64,000 nt of DNA from Candidatus Latescibacterota bacterium (GTDB lineage: Bacteria > Latescibacterota > UBA2968 > UBA8231), in the NCBI GenBank assembly GCA_964291625.2, contig OZ220090.1:544001-608000 (forward strand), written 5' to 3'. Shown piece after piece: positions 1 through 10,400 of the stretch; position 1 is the stretch's first letter, and the number at the start of each line of letters is the position of its first letter. Position numbers and translations under genes: made by a program. Below the pieces are notes generated by a model. It worked only from the letters and a program-made list of their open reading frames with translations, did not search any database and had not been told where the DNA came from.

Positions 1-962
1 CCCGGCCGACGCCAGCCTTCCGCGTGGTCCCCTACATCCTCGAAGAGCTGCACGCGGCGGGCATCGACGACGACGGCATCACCATCATCTGCGCCCTGGC
101 CGCTCACCGGCCCATGACCCGGGACGACTTCCTCAAGAAGCTCGGCGCCGAGATCGTCGAGCGCTATCGCGTCGTCAACCACAACGCCTACGAGAACCTC
201 GAGTTCCTCGGGAACACGAGCCTCGGAGTGCCGGTCTTCGTCAACCGCGACCTGATGGCCTGCCAGGTGCGCATCGCGGCGGGCATGATCACGCCTCGCG
301 GCGGGATGTTCGGCGGCGGCGCCAAGCTGCTGATTCCCGGGGCCTGCGGCCAGCAGACGATTCTGCTCAACCACCGCTACGTCCAGGGAGAGGCCTTCCG
401 TCCCCATCTCGACGAGGTGGCGGGGATGGCCGGCGTCGATTACATCGTCAACCCGCTGCTGAACGAGGGTCTGGAGATCATGGGCCTCGTGGCCGGCGAC
501 CTGACCGCCGCCTTCGAGCAAGGCTGCCGATTGGGGGCCGAGCTCTACGCTACTCCCATGCCGGCGGCCGGCACGGTGGACGTGGGCATCTTCAGCGCCT
601 TCCCGAAGGACACCGAGCTGTGCCAGGCGGGGCTGGCCCTCGTGCCCCTCGGCAGCTGCCCCCACGACCCGATCGCCGAGGGCGGCACCGTCGTCATCGC
701 CAGCGCCTGCCCGGAGGGGCTCGGCTGGCACTCGGTCCTCGGCCCGGGGACCGCCCTGCGCGCCCCTCCGCAGCCGCCGGCCCACCGCACGCTGCTGTTC
801 TCGACGGGAGTGAACCCGTACGACTGCCAGGCCCTGTACGGCGAGCACGTCCGCCTGTTCCGGGAATGGGAGGACCTCATCGGCCAGTTGCAGGCCATCC
901 ACGGCGAAAGCCCCCGGGTGTCGGTCTTCCCCGCCGGGGCCCTGCAGATGGCCGCCACCTGA
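1..962 (+). CDS. LarA-family (nickel-pincer lactate racemase-like) protein, 5'-truncated by window edge
   Basis: Frame is open from position 3 (RPTP motif), then AAHRPMT, FGGGAKLLIPG and NH, matching the LarA RPTP / GTHR / GGxK / NH motifs. Confidence 0.8.
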   Translation, partial: RPTPAFRVVPYILEELHAAGIDDDGITIICALAAHRPMTRDDFLKKLGAEIVERYRVVNHNAYENLEFLGNTSLGVPVFVNRDLMACQVRIAAGMITPRGGMFGGGAKLLIPGACGQQTILLNHRYVQGEAFRPHLDEVAGMAGVDYIVNPLLNEGLEIMGLVAGDLTAAFEQGCRLGAELYATPMPAAGTVDVGIFSAFPKDTELCQAGLALVPLGSCPHDPIAEGGTVVIASACPEGLGWHSVLGPGTALRAPPQPPAHRTLLFSTGVNPYDCQALYGEHVRLFREWEDLIGQLQAIHGESPRVSVFPAGALQMAAT

Positions 963-986
963 GCACATGACAATGAGGCGGGAAGC

Positions 987-1763
987 GTGGCCCCACTGAA
1001 GTCCTTCGATCTCGATGGCCGGGTCGTGGCCGTCACCGGCGCCGGCCGCGGGATCGGCCGCACCATCGCTCTCGACGCGGTCCGCTCGGGCGCACGCGTG
1101 GCCATCGGCAGCCGGACGGTCAGCGAACTGGAGAGTCTCCAGGAGAGCATCGAGGCCATGGGGGGGGAGTGCTTCGCCCACTTCCTCGACGTGACCGACG
1201 TCGCCTCCATCGAGGCCTTCTTCGAGGGGGCGGACGCCCACTACGAGGGACTCCACGTCCTGGTGAACAACGCCGGCTACAACAAGCTCGGGAAGATCCT
1301 CGACTACGACGAGGATCTCTACGATCAGATCGTCGCTGCCAACCTCAAGAGCGTGTTCTTCTGCAGCCAGGCGGCGGCGAAGCGCATGATCGCCCGGGGG
1401 GTCCGCGGCAGCATCGTGAACATCTCCTCCCAGGCGGGGGTGGTGGGAGCGCCGGAGCGGGGACCCTATTCGGCGGCCAAGGGAGGGGTGAACAACCTGA
1501 CGCGCACGGCGGCCGCCGAATGGGCGGAGCACGGGATCCGGGTCAATGCCGTGGCCCCCACGGTGACCCGGTCGCCCCTGGCCCAGAGAGCCATGGAGGA
1601 CAGCCAGGCCTTCGCCGACGCGGTGAAGACCAAGAACCTCCTTCGCGGCGACCTGGCCGAGCCGGAGGAGATCTCCGCACCGGTGATCTTCCTGGCCTCC
1701 GATGCCGCCAGCATGGTCACCGGCCACGTTCTGGTGGTCGACGGGGGGTGGACCATCGTCTGA
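987..1763 (+). CDS. SDR family NAD(P)-dependent oxidoreductase
   Basis: TGAGRGIG, NNAG, YSAAK catalytic motif, C-terminal VDGG. Confidence 0.95.
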   Translation: MAPLKSFDLDGRVVAVTGAGRGIGRTIALDAVRSGARVAIGSRTVSELESLQESIEAMGGECFAHFLDVTDVASIEAFFEGADAHYEGLHVLVNNAGYNKLGKILDYDEDLYDQIVAANLKSVFFCSQAAAKRMIARGVRGSIVNISSQAGVVGAPERGPYSAAKGGVNNLTRTAAAEWAEHGIRVNAVAPTVTRSPLAQRAMEDSQAFADAVKTKNLLRGDLAEPEEISAPVIFLASDAASMVTGHVLVVDGGWTIV

Positions 1764-1806
1764 CGGCGGGTTCCACATGTCGCCGTCAAGCCGCGGTACC
1801 AGGCCT

Positions 1807-2946
1807 TCAGGGCCGCTCCGAGGCGCCTGGAGCGGTCTCCCGCAGTCTCTCCCCCTGCCAGCCTCGGCGCGCCTCCAGCAGCCCGTCCAGCTCCCCGACG
1901 GCGGAGGCCGTGGCGGACTGCGGATCCCTTGCCAGATGGGCGAGCAGCTCCACGAGGGAGGCGGCATCTTCCACGGCGACGGCTTCGGCCCTCAGCTTCT
2001 TCCCGCCGCGGTTGTGGTAGTTCTCCAGGGGCAGGGCCACCGCACCGGCCCTCAGGCCCGCCCGGCAAAGGGCCGTCGCTTCGCACGTTCCTCCATCCAT
2101 CAGCCGGCGCTGATACCGGAAGGCGGGCCGCTGCCTGCCAAGATCCTCGGCCGCCCCAGCCAGGGCGGCGGTGACCGCAGCGTCGAAGAGCCAGCGGCGG
2201 TCACCGACCCGGATCACGGGGCCGTCGCCGAGGGGGGCACCCGCCAAGCTGGAGGAGCATTCGATATTCACGTACAGGGGATTCCGGTCGAGGTGCCCGC
2301 CGTCGAGGGCGGCGAGCATCCCCCCGAAGCCGGTCTCCTCGGCCCGGGTCAGCAGAACGCCGATGCCTGGGGCCGGGTCGGCGCGCAGGGCCTCGAGGAC
2401 CGACAGGGCCACGGCCACGCCGGCCAGGTCGTCGCAGGCGCGGCCGGAGAGCCTTCCGCCGGACAGCTCGAAGCCGGGCAGATCCCAAGTTGCGAAGATT
2501 CCTCCCGCCTTGGCATCTGCAACCGGATCGTCCAGGCGCACTCGAAAGGCGGGCCGGCCGCCGGGGTCGCCCGGAGCACCCTCCTCCAAGTAGGCCAGCA
2601 CCCTCCCACGGGCGATGGGCTCGGTGGACTGGTGGTCGTGCACCAGCACGCCGGCCCCCCTGGTCAGCTCGGTGGGAATGCCGCCCAGGGAGTGGAAGAA
2701 CCAATCGCCGCCGTCGCCAGCGGCCAGTGCCAGCCCGGGGTGGTCGAGGTGAGCGGTGAGGACGATTCCCGGTGCTGCCGCGCCCAGACGCAGGTGGAGG
2801 TTTCCGAAGGGGTCGGACAGGCAGTGCAGATCGGGCCGCTCCGCCAAATACCGCTCCACCTCCGCCAGGACGAGGTGCTCGTGGAAGGGTGCGGTGGGAA
2901 TGGGGACGAATCGCCGGGCCACGTCCAGATAGAGATCGGCAAGCAT
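1807..2946 (-). CDS. M42/M20/M28-clan binuclear metallopeptidase/hydrolase
   Basis: AHLDH, ACDDLAG, RAEE, NIE and YHN metal/catalytic motifs all present. Confidence 0.8.
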   Translation of the reverse strand: MLADLYLDVARRFVPIPTAPFHEHLVLAEVERYLAERPDLHCLSDPFGNLHLRLGAAAPGIVLTAHLDHPGLALAAGDGGDWFFHSLGGIPTELTRGAGVLVHDHQSTEPIARGRVLAYLEEGAPGDPGGRPAFRVRLDDPVADAKAGGIFATWDLPGFELSGGRLSGRACDDLAGVAVALSVLEALRADPAPGIGVLLTRAEETGFGGMLAALDGGHLDRNPLYVNIECSSSLAGAPLGDGPVIRVGDRRWLFDAAVTAALAGAAEDLGRQRPAFRYQRRLMDGGTCEATALCRAGLRAGAVALPLENYHNRGGKKLRAEAVAVEDAASLVELLAHLARDPQSATASAVGELDGLLEARRGWQGERLRETAPGASERP

Positions 2947-3076
2947 TGGATACCGCCTGTTCCAGGGGGTCGTGGGGATAGGGTATCCGGAGGACGTCCG
3001 GGGTCAAGCGGATTGGTTCGGTGGAGACGGGGCGCCTACCTTGGTGCCGTTCCACCCGGTCGGGAGGCCCGGTTTC

Positions 3077-5233
3077 GTGAGACGGGACATACCACAGGAG
3101 TACAGCGACCACCTGGCCACGCGCCGGGAGCACGTGCTGGGCGGCGGCGGCGAGCGACTCTCCTTCCGCGCCTTCTGGGTCGGCGGCTTCCTCTCCTTCT
3201 TCCTCGCCGTGGGCGCGCCCTACGGCAACATGATCATCCGCGGCTCCTACATGGCCCTCGACTTCAGCACCCCGGGGGCGATTTTCCTCTTTCTGTTCCT
3301 CATCGGCCTCCTCAACTGCGCCTTCAAGCTCGCCCGCCACCCTGCGGTTGCCATCGGCCTCGCCGGCTCGGCCACGGCGGGATGGCTGATCGTCTACAGG
3401 ACGGCCATCACCGATCTCGACTTCTACTCCCCGGGTCTGATGCTGGCCACCTTCCTGGTCCTGACCACCTGGCTCAACCTGCCGGTGGTGCTCCGCGGCG
3501 GGAGCCTGGCCCTGAACCGATCCGAGCTGGTCCTGGTCTACGCCATGCTGCTCATCGTCTCCGCCCTGTGCACCATGGGGCTGGGCGAGCAGATCCTGCC
3601 CGTCATCACGGCGATCTTCTACTTCGCCTCGCCGGAGAACCAGTGGGCGGAGAAGCTCTTTCCCCACCTGCCCCAGCGGGCGATGGTGAACGACGGCACG
3701 GACAGCCGACTGTTCTACGAGGGACTCTCCGGTCCGGAGGAGGCGATTCCCTACGAGTCCTGGGTGGAGCCCCTCCTGTGGTGGGGGATCTTCCTGCTGG
3801 CCCTGTACGTGATGATGGTCTCGGTGGCCGTGATCCTCCGCCGCCAGTGGATGGAGCGGGAACGCCTGGCCTACCCGATCGCGCAGGTGGGCCTCTCGAT
3901 GATCCGCTCCGAGCACGCCGACCGGGCGGTGAACGGCTTCTTCAGGCGACCCCTCATGTGGTTGGGGGCGTCCCTGCCCCTGATCGTCGGCAGCCTGAAG
4001 GCCCTGAACCGCTACTACCCGGAAGTTCCGGTGGCGCCGACGCATTGGTTCCTGCCCTTCGTGGGATACGAGAGCCTGCAGATCACGATCAGCTTCGCCA
4101 TGCTGGGGTTCTCCTACTTCATCAACGCCAACATCGCCGCCGGCATCTGGTTCTTCCACCTGTTCTCGAAGGTGGAGAAGCAGGCCCTGCTTCTCACCGG
4201 CCTCCAGTCCACGCAGAAGATCAGCTTCGGAGTCTCCGACTATCCCTTCCTCGGCTACCAGGGAGTGGGGGCATTGCTGGCCATGGTGGTCGTCGGTCTG
4301 TGGGTCGGCCGCGAGCACTACCGCCGGGTGCTGCTCAAGGCCGCCGGCCTCGCTCCCGAGGTGCAGGACGAGGACGAGATCCTGTCCTACCGGGGCGCCG
4401 TGGCGGGGGCCGTGGGCGGCACCGCCCTCATGGCTGGATGGCTGTGGATCATGGGGACCCCCCTGTGGGTGGCCCTGCTCTTCATCGTCCTGGCCATCCT
4501 GATCTTCATCGGCATTACCCGGATCGTGACCGAAGCGGGACTGGCCGCCATCCGCTCGCCGATGATCGCCAGCGAGCTGGTGGTGCAGGGGATGGGCTCC
4601 TCCCTGGTCGGCCCCGCGGGAGTGATGAACCTCTCCCTGACCTACATCTGGGCCGCCGATATCCGCGTCTTCGTCATGGCCACGGCCTCCAACGCGTTGA
4701 AGATGATCGAGGAGATGGAGCCCCGGAACCGGCGCATCGTGTTCTGGGCCATGGTGGCGGCCATGTTCATCGGCGCCGCCGGATCCTTGTGGATGATCTT
4801 CCACATGGCCTACCGGCACGGGGGCATCAACCTGGCGAGCTGGTTCTTCCAGGGCCTGCCCCGGACCGCGTACGACGCAGCCCTGCGCAACATGGAGCCC
4901 GAGGGAACCTACTGGCCGGGTCTCGGCTTCTTCGGGGGCGGCGCCGCCGCCATGGTTGCCATGATGTGGCTTCGCCAGCGGCTGCCGTGGTGGCCCGTCC
5001 ATCCCATCGGCTTTCCCATCGGCGCCAACAGCATGATGAACCACGTCTGGTTCAACGTCTTCGTGGCCTGGCTGGTGAAGCGGACCGTGCTGCGCTACGG
5101 CGGCGCCAACGCCTACCACGGCAGCCAGCACTTCTTCCTGGGGCTGATCGCCGGCCAGGTCCTGTGCAACGGCCTGTGGCTGGTGATCGACTACTTCACC
5201 GGCAAGGTGGGCAACTCCATCTTCTGGGTGTGA
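3077..5233 (+). CDS. Polytopic membrane protein, OPT-like / DUF6785-DUF6784-type (paralogue 1)
   Basis: Many hydrophobic segments, QWMERERLAYPI and WWPVHPIG motifs. Start moved to GTG 3077 because GGGAGG lies upstream and the N-terminus then aligns with paralogue 2. Confidence 0.75.
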   Translation: MRRDIPQEYSDHLATRREHVLGGGGERLSFRAFWVGGFLSFFLAVGAPYGNMIIRGSYMALDFSTPGAIFLFLFLIGLLNCAFKLARHPAVAIGLAGSATAGWLIVYRTAITDLDFYSPGLMLATFLVLTTWLNLPVVLRGGSLALNRSELVLVYAMLLIVSALCTMGLGEQILPVITAIFYFASPENQWAEKLFPHLPQRAMVNDGTDSRLFYEGLSGPEEAIPYESWVEPLLWWGIFLLALYVMMVSVAVILRRQWMERERLAYPIAQVGLSMIRSEHADRAVNGFFRRPLMWLGASLPLIVGSLKALNRYYPEVPVAPTHWFLPFVGYESLQITISFAMLGFSYFINANIAAGIWFFHLFSKVEKQALLLTGLQSTQKISFGVSDYPFLGYQGVGALLAMVVVGLWVGREHYRRVLLKAAGLAPEVQDEDEILSYRGAVAGAVGGTALMAGWLWIMGTPLWVALLFIVLAILIFIGITRIVTEAGLAAIRSPMIASELVVQGMGSSLVGPAGVMNLSLTYIWAADIRVFVMATASNALKMIEEMEPRNRRIVFWAMVAAMFIGAAGSLWMIFHMAYRHGGINLASWFFQGLPRTAYDAALRNMEPEGTYWPGLGFFGGGAAAMVAMMWLRQRLPWWPVHPIGFPIGANSMMNHVWFNVFVAWLVKRTVLRYGGANAYHGSQHFFLGLIAGQVLCNGLWLVIDYFTGKVGNSIFWV

Positions 5234-5297
5234 GGGGCGGGATGCAGAAGAGCGTGAGGCGCCTTCGAAGCGCACCTGGGGGTTCCGGGACTCGGCC

Positions 5298-7478
5298 ATG
5301 TCCGGCCGGCAGCAGGCGGACCCGGTGAACAGGACGATCCCGCAGGAGTACGGCGAGCGCCTGGCCGAGCGCCGGGAGCGCGTCCTGGGCGGCGGCGAGC
5401 GCCTCTCCTTCCGCGCCTTCTGGGTCGGCGGCTTCCTCTCCCTCTTCCTGGCCGTGGGCGCCCCCTACGGCAACATGATCCTCCGCGGGTCCTTCATGGC
5501 CATGGACTTCAGCACCCCGGGGGCGATCTTCCTCTTCCTCTTCCTCATCGGCCTTCTCAACTGCGCCTTCAAGCTCGCCCGGCAGCCCGCCGTGGCCCTC
5601 GGCCTGACGGCTTCGTCCACGGCGGCGTGGCTGGTGGTCTACAGGCCGGCCCTCGGCGACCTCGACTTCTACTCCCCGGGCCTGATGATGGCCACCTTCC
5701 TGGTCCTGACCACCTGGCTCAACCTGCCCGTGGTGCTCCGCGGCGGCAGCCTGGCCCTGAATCGCTCCGAGCTGGTCCTGGTCTACGCCATGCTGCTCAT
5801 CGTCTCGGCCTTGTGCACCATGGGCCTGGCCGAGCAGATCCTCCCCATCATCACGGCGATGTTCTATTTCGCCACCCCGGAGAACCAGTGGGCGGAGAAG
5901 CTCTTTCCCCACCTGCCGGAGGGGGTGATGGTGAACGACGGCACGGACAGCCGCCTGTTCTACGAGGGCCTCTCCGGTCCCGAGGAGGCGATTCCATACG
6001 CCTCCTGGGTGGAGCCCCTCCTGTGGTGGGGGGTCTTCCTGCTGGCCCTGTACGTGATGATGGTCTCGGTGGCGGTGATCCTGCGCCGCCAGTGGATGGA
6101 GCGCGAGCGCCTGGCCTACCCGATCGCCCAGGTGGGCCTCGCCATGATCCGCTCCGAGCACGCCGACCGGGCCGTGAACGACTTCTTCAAGCGACCCGTC
6201 ATGTGGCTGGGGGCGGCCCTGCCCCTGGCCCAGGGCAGCTTGCGGGGGCTGAAGTTCTACGAAGTGCCGGTGCCCACGACGCGCCTGGAGTGGAATCTCC
6301 CCTTCATCGGCCTCCAGAGCCTGCATCTGAGCGTCAACTTCGCCGTCCTCGGGTTCTCGTATTTCATCAACGCCAACATCGCCGCCGGCATCTGGTTCTT
6401 CCATCTCCTCTCGACTGCGGAAAAGCAGTTGCTCATCCTCACCGGGCTGCAGTCGTCCCGGAAGATCGGTCTCGGCGTCTCCGACTACCCCTTTCTCGGG
6501 TACCAGGGGGTGGGGGCGCTGCTGGCCATGGTGGTGGTCGGCCTGTGGGTGGGCCGCGAGCACTACTGGCGAGTCCTGCGCAGGGCCGTCGGACTGGCCC
6601 CCGAAGTCCGCGACGACGACGAGATCCTGTCCTACCGGGGCGCCGTGGCCGGGGCCCTGGGAGGCACCGCCGTCATGACGGCCTGGCTGTGGTACATGGG
6701 GACCCCCATGTGGGTAACCCTGCTCTTTCTGCTCGTGGCGGTGCTGATCTTCATCGGAATCACGAGGATCGTGACCGAGGCCGGCCTGGCGGTCGTCCGC
6801 GGGCCCATGATCGCCGGCGACCTCGTGGTGCAGGGAGTCGGTTCCTCCCTGATCGGCCCCGCGGGGGTGGTGAACCTCTCCCTGGCCCACGTCTGGGCCG
6901 CCGACATCCGTGTCTTCGTCATGGGCACCGCCTCCAACGCCCTGAAGATGATCGAGGAGATGGAGCCCCGGAACCGCCGCACCGTGTTCTGGGCCATGAT
7001 CGCCGCCCTCTTCATCGGCGCCGCCGGCTCCCTGTGGATGATCTTCCACATGGCCTATCTCCACGGGGCCCTCAACCTGAACGGCTGGTTCTTCCGGGGG
7101 CTGCCCCGCTACGCCTACGATGCGGCCCTGCGCAACATGGAACCCCATGGGGTTCACTGGCCCGGGCTCGGCTTCTTCGGCGCCGGGGCCGCCGCCATGG
7201 TCACCCTCATGTGGCTGCGCCAGCGGCTGCCCTGGTGGCCCGTCCACCCCATCGGTCTACCCATCGGCGCCACGCCCATGATGAACCGCCTCTGGTTCAA
7301 CGTCTTCGTGGCCTGGGTCGTCAAGCGAGGCGTTCTGCGGTACGGCGGCGCCACCGGCTACCAGAAGAGTCAGCCCTTCTTTCTCGGGTTGATCAGCGGC
7401 CAGGTCCTGTGCAGTGGAGGCTGGCTGGTGATCGACTACTTCACAGGCGCAGTGGGGAACTACCTTTACGAGATATGA
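5298..7478 (+). CDS. Polytopic membrane protein, OPT-like / DUF6785-DUF6784-type (paralogue 2)
   Basis: Collinear and largely identical to 3077..5233. Alternative start GTG 5325. Confidence 0.8.
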   Translation: MSGRQQADPVNRTIPQEYGERLAERRERVLGGGERLSFRAFWVGGFLSLFLAVGAPYGNMILRGSFMAMDFSTPGAIFLFLFLIGLLNCAFKLARQPAVALGLTASSTAAWLVVYRPALGDLDFYSPGLMMATFLVLTTWLNLPVVLRGGSLALNRSELVLVYAMLLIVSALCTMGLAEQILPIITAMFYFATPENQWAEKLFPHLPEGVMVNDGTDSRLFYEGLSGPEEAIPYASWVEPLLWWGVFLLALYVMMVSVAVILRRQWMERERLAYPIAQVGLAMIRSEHADRAVNDFFKRPVMWLGAALPLAQGSLRGLKFYEVPVPTTRLEWNLPFIGLQSLHLSVNFAVLGFSYFINANIAAGIWFFHLLSTAEKQLLILTGLQSSRKIGLGVSDYPFLGYQGVGALLAMVVVGLWVGREHYWRVLRRAVGLAPEVRDDDEILSYRGAVAGALGGTAVMTAWLWYMGTPMWVTLLFLLVAVLIFIGITRIVTEAGLAVVRGPMIAGDLVVQGVGSSLIGPAGVVNLSLAHVWAADIRVFVMGTASNALKMIEEMEPRNRRTVFWAMIAALFIGAAGSLWMIFHMAYLHGALNLNGWFFRGLPRYAYDAALRNMEPHGVHWPGLGFFGAGAAAMVTLMWLRQRLPWWPVHPIGLPIGATPMMNRLWFNVFVAWVVKRGVLRYGGATGYQKSQPFFLGLISGQVLCSGGWLVIDYFTGAVGNYLYEI

Positions 7479-10400
7479 GCGGACCACACTCCCGACCCGC
7501 CCTGGCGCTCATGGCCTGGCTGCAGCTCTCTGCCGCGGCCCTTGCGGACGGCCCCGACCTGTGGGCCATCCCCGACGAGGGGCAGCGTCTGCGGGCGAGC
7601 GTGGAGTACCTCTCCGGCCTCGGCTCCCGCATCAGCGGACACGAGGGCGGGAGGCGCGCCGGGGACTGGATCGAGGGCCAGCTGTCGGCCCTTGACCTGG
7701 GGTCCGTGCATCGGGAGACCTTCCCCATCACCGTGCCGGTCGAGCTGGGCGGGCGCAGCCGCCTGGAGGTCGTCGACACCGGTGAGGAGTTCGACATGCA
7801 CGGGCTGTGGCCCAACGGCCCGCGCACTACCACGACCCCGCCCGAAGGCCTGGAGGGCCAGCTCACCTGGGCCGGCAACGGCGAGTACACCGACTTCGAG
7901 GGCCGGCAGCTGCACGGCCGCGTGGTGCTGATGGAGTTCAACACCTGGGATCGCTGGGTGCGGCTGGCGGCGCTCGGCGCCAGGGCGGTGATCTTCATCG
8001 AGCCCGCGGAGACTTCCTATCCCCAGACGGAGGACAAGAGCCTCATCGTTCCCGTCGATGTGCCGCGGTTCTGGATCGGCTCGGAGGCGGGACGGCAGCT
8101 CCAGCGGAGACTGGAGGGAGGAGCCGAGATCGGCGTCCGTCTGCACAGCCGGATGGACTGGGTCGAGCGGCCTTGCGCGAACCTCTGGGTGGAAGTCACC
8201 GGCGCCGACACGGCCCGGGCGCCGCAGCGGATCGTCGTGCAGAGCTACTACGACGGGACCTCGATCGTGCCCTCCCTGGCGCCCTCGGCCGAGGCTTCCA
8301 GCGGCGCCGCGGCGATGCTGGAGCTGGCCCGCCACCTGCGGGACCATCCGCCCGCACGGACGGTGGTCCTCCTGCTCACGGGCTCCCACTTCCAGGACCG
8401 GGCTGGAATCGTCGACTTCATCGAGCGCCACACCCGCAAGTCGGACTACTTCGCTCCCTTCACGGACTCCATGGCCGTCGATCTCTACGTCGGCCTCGAC
8501 CTGTCCACCAAGACCGACCAAGTGGCCATCTGGAACAACACCACCAGTTTCGACCTCAAGCGGTTCTTCGTCCCCTTCGGGCGGCGCTACACCCGGTACG
8601 CCGAGGAGACGGCAGCCGAGCTCGGAAGGGCGGGAGAGCCGCTGCTGCTCAACGGCATCAGCCCCATCCGGGGAATGGACTGGTCGACCTTCGTCCCCGA
8701 CGGCGCCTTCGTCGACACCCGCCTGGCCATGCTCGCCGGCCAGGTGGCCCTCTCCTTCGTCACCGCCCACGACGCCCGCTTTCCGCTGGCCACCCCACTC
8801 GACACTCCCGGCCGGATGAATCAGGACAACCTCCTGAGCCAGTCGCGGTTCCTCAAGGGCGTGCTGTCCCGGTCCTTCGACGACCCGGACCTGTTCACGG
8901 GTCTGGAGGACTTCGGCCCCGTGCTCAAGGACCAGCTGCGCACCCACACCGTTCGCGTACGGGCCTTCCCGCGCCGCAGCCAGATCCCCGACCGGACCGT
9001 GGCCGACGCCCTGGTGATGGTGGGGGCGGGAACTCACAAGGGCCTGAACATGAGCCGGTCCTACCTCACCGACGAGCTGGGCGACGTCACCGTGTCGGGG
9101 CTGGTGGTGGGAGCCACCTCGGTGGTGGCCTATGTCCTCGATCCCGAGACGGGGAGGGTCGTCTACGCTCCGGACCTGAGCGAGCGCGGCCAGAAGCACC
9201 ACGGCAAGCCCCTGGCCAGCGGCCGCATGAACTGGAGCATCCGCTGGAACAAGGACAGCAAGCCCCTCGTCGTCTTCCCGAGCAGGCAGAGGACCCTCTT
9301 CGGGCTGACCCATCCCAACCAGCTCGTGGGGCTGGCCTCCCTGAAGATGATCGGCAGCGGCGGCATCCCGCCCCGGCAGTTCGGGTACGCCTTCGGACGC
9401 ACCCTCAGCAGCAACCTCTGCGTCGTCTTCGCGCCCCAGGAGTCGGCCGTCGAGGACCCCCGCCTGAAGATGCTCTTCGGCGACATGCTGCTGCTCAACA
9501 GCCCGGGGGGGGTATCGGAAAAGGAGGCCAAGGGCACGGGGTACGACCTGGCGGTGGACGACCTGTTGCCCTCGGAGCTGTTCGCCCTGCGCGACACCTG
9601 GAGGCTCAACGACGCTCGCCTGGCCACGATGCGCTCCCACGCCATCGAGAACCAGCGCATCACCCGCCTGCACGAGGCCGGCCGCCGGTTCCTCGCCAGG
9701 GCCGAGGACTCGTTGCGGGAGGGCCGCTGGCGGGACTACGTCGCCGAGGTCCGGTCCGGGCTGGGGGTGACCCTGAAGGCCTATCCCCAGGTGAAGGCCA
9801 CCCTCAACGACGTGATCAAGGGGATCGTGTTCTTCCTGGCCCTGGTAGTGCCCACCGCCTTCTTCGGGGAGCGCCTGCTCTTCGCCGCCTCCGACATCCG
9901 CTGGCAGATCGGGGGGTTCTTCGTCCTCCTGCTGGTCGTCTGGATCCTGATCTCCCAGGTCCATCCGGCCTTCGACATCGCCCACCCCCTGATCATCCTG
10001 CTGGCCTTCTTCATCATGGCCATGGCCGTCTTCGTCCTGGGAATGGTATCGAGCCGGTTCAACCGGTTCATCAAGGAGTATCAGGCCGAGAGGGCCAAGG
10101 TCCACGAGACCGACATCAGCCGCGCCAGCGCCGCCTACGCCGCCTTCATGCTCGGCATCTCCAACATGCGCCGACGCCGGCTGCGCACCGGGTTGACCCT
10201 GCTCACCCTGACCTTGCTCACCTTCACGGTCCTCTCCTTCACCTCCGTCCGGCCCGAAGTGTGGTACTTCGTCTTTCCCCTCCGCCACGAGGGTTCCTAC
10301 ACGGGAGCCCTGATCCGCGACCGCGGCTGGAACTCCCTGCCGGAGACCACCCTGGAGTACGCCCGTTCCCACTTCGAGGAGCACGGCCTCGTGGTCCCGC

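Larger units (their letters stand above)
3077..7478 (+). repeat. Tandem gene duplication, two units of about 2.2 kb
   Basis: Long near-identical DNA tracts, e.g. ctctccttccgcgccttctgggtcggcggcttcctctcc near 3158 and near 5403. Confidence 0.95.

Noticed and set aside
1702-5328. 1208-aa + ORF and other very long alternative-frame or antisense ORFs (e.g. 2201..5299, 7466..10456, 7807..10902, 54226..56508)
   Set aside because: Arg/Pro/Gly-rich or antisense shadows of real genes, expected from stop-codon scarcity at high GC; no recognisable motifs.
5627-7474. N-terminal 616 aa of the 2097-aa ORF
   Set aside because: Out-of-frame overlap with paralogue 2; the real start is ATG 7475 (ATGA coupling, signal peptide).
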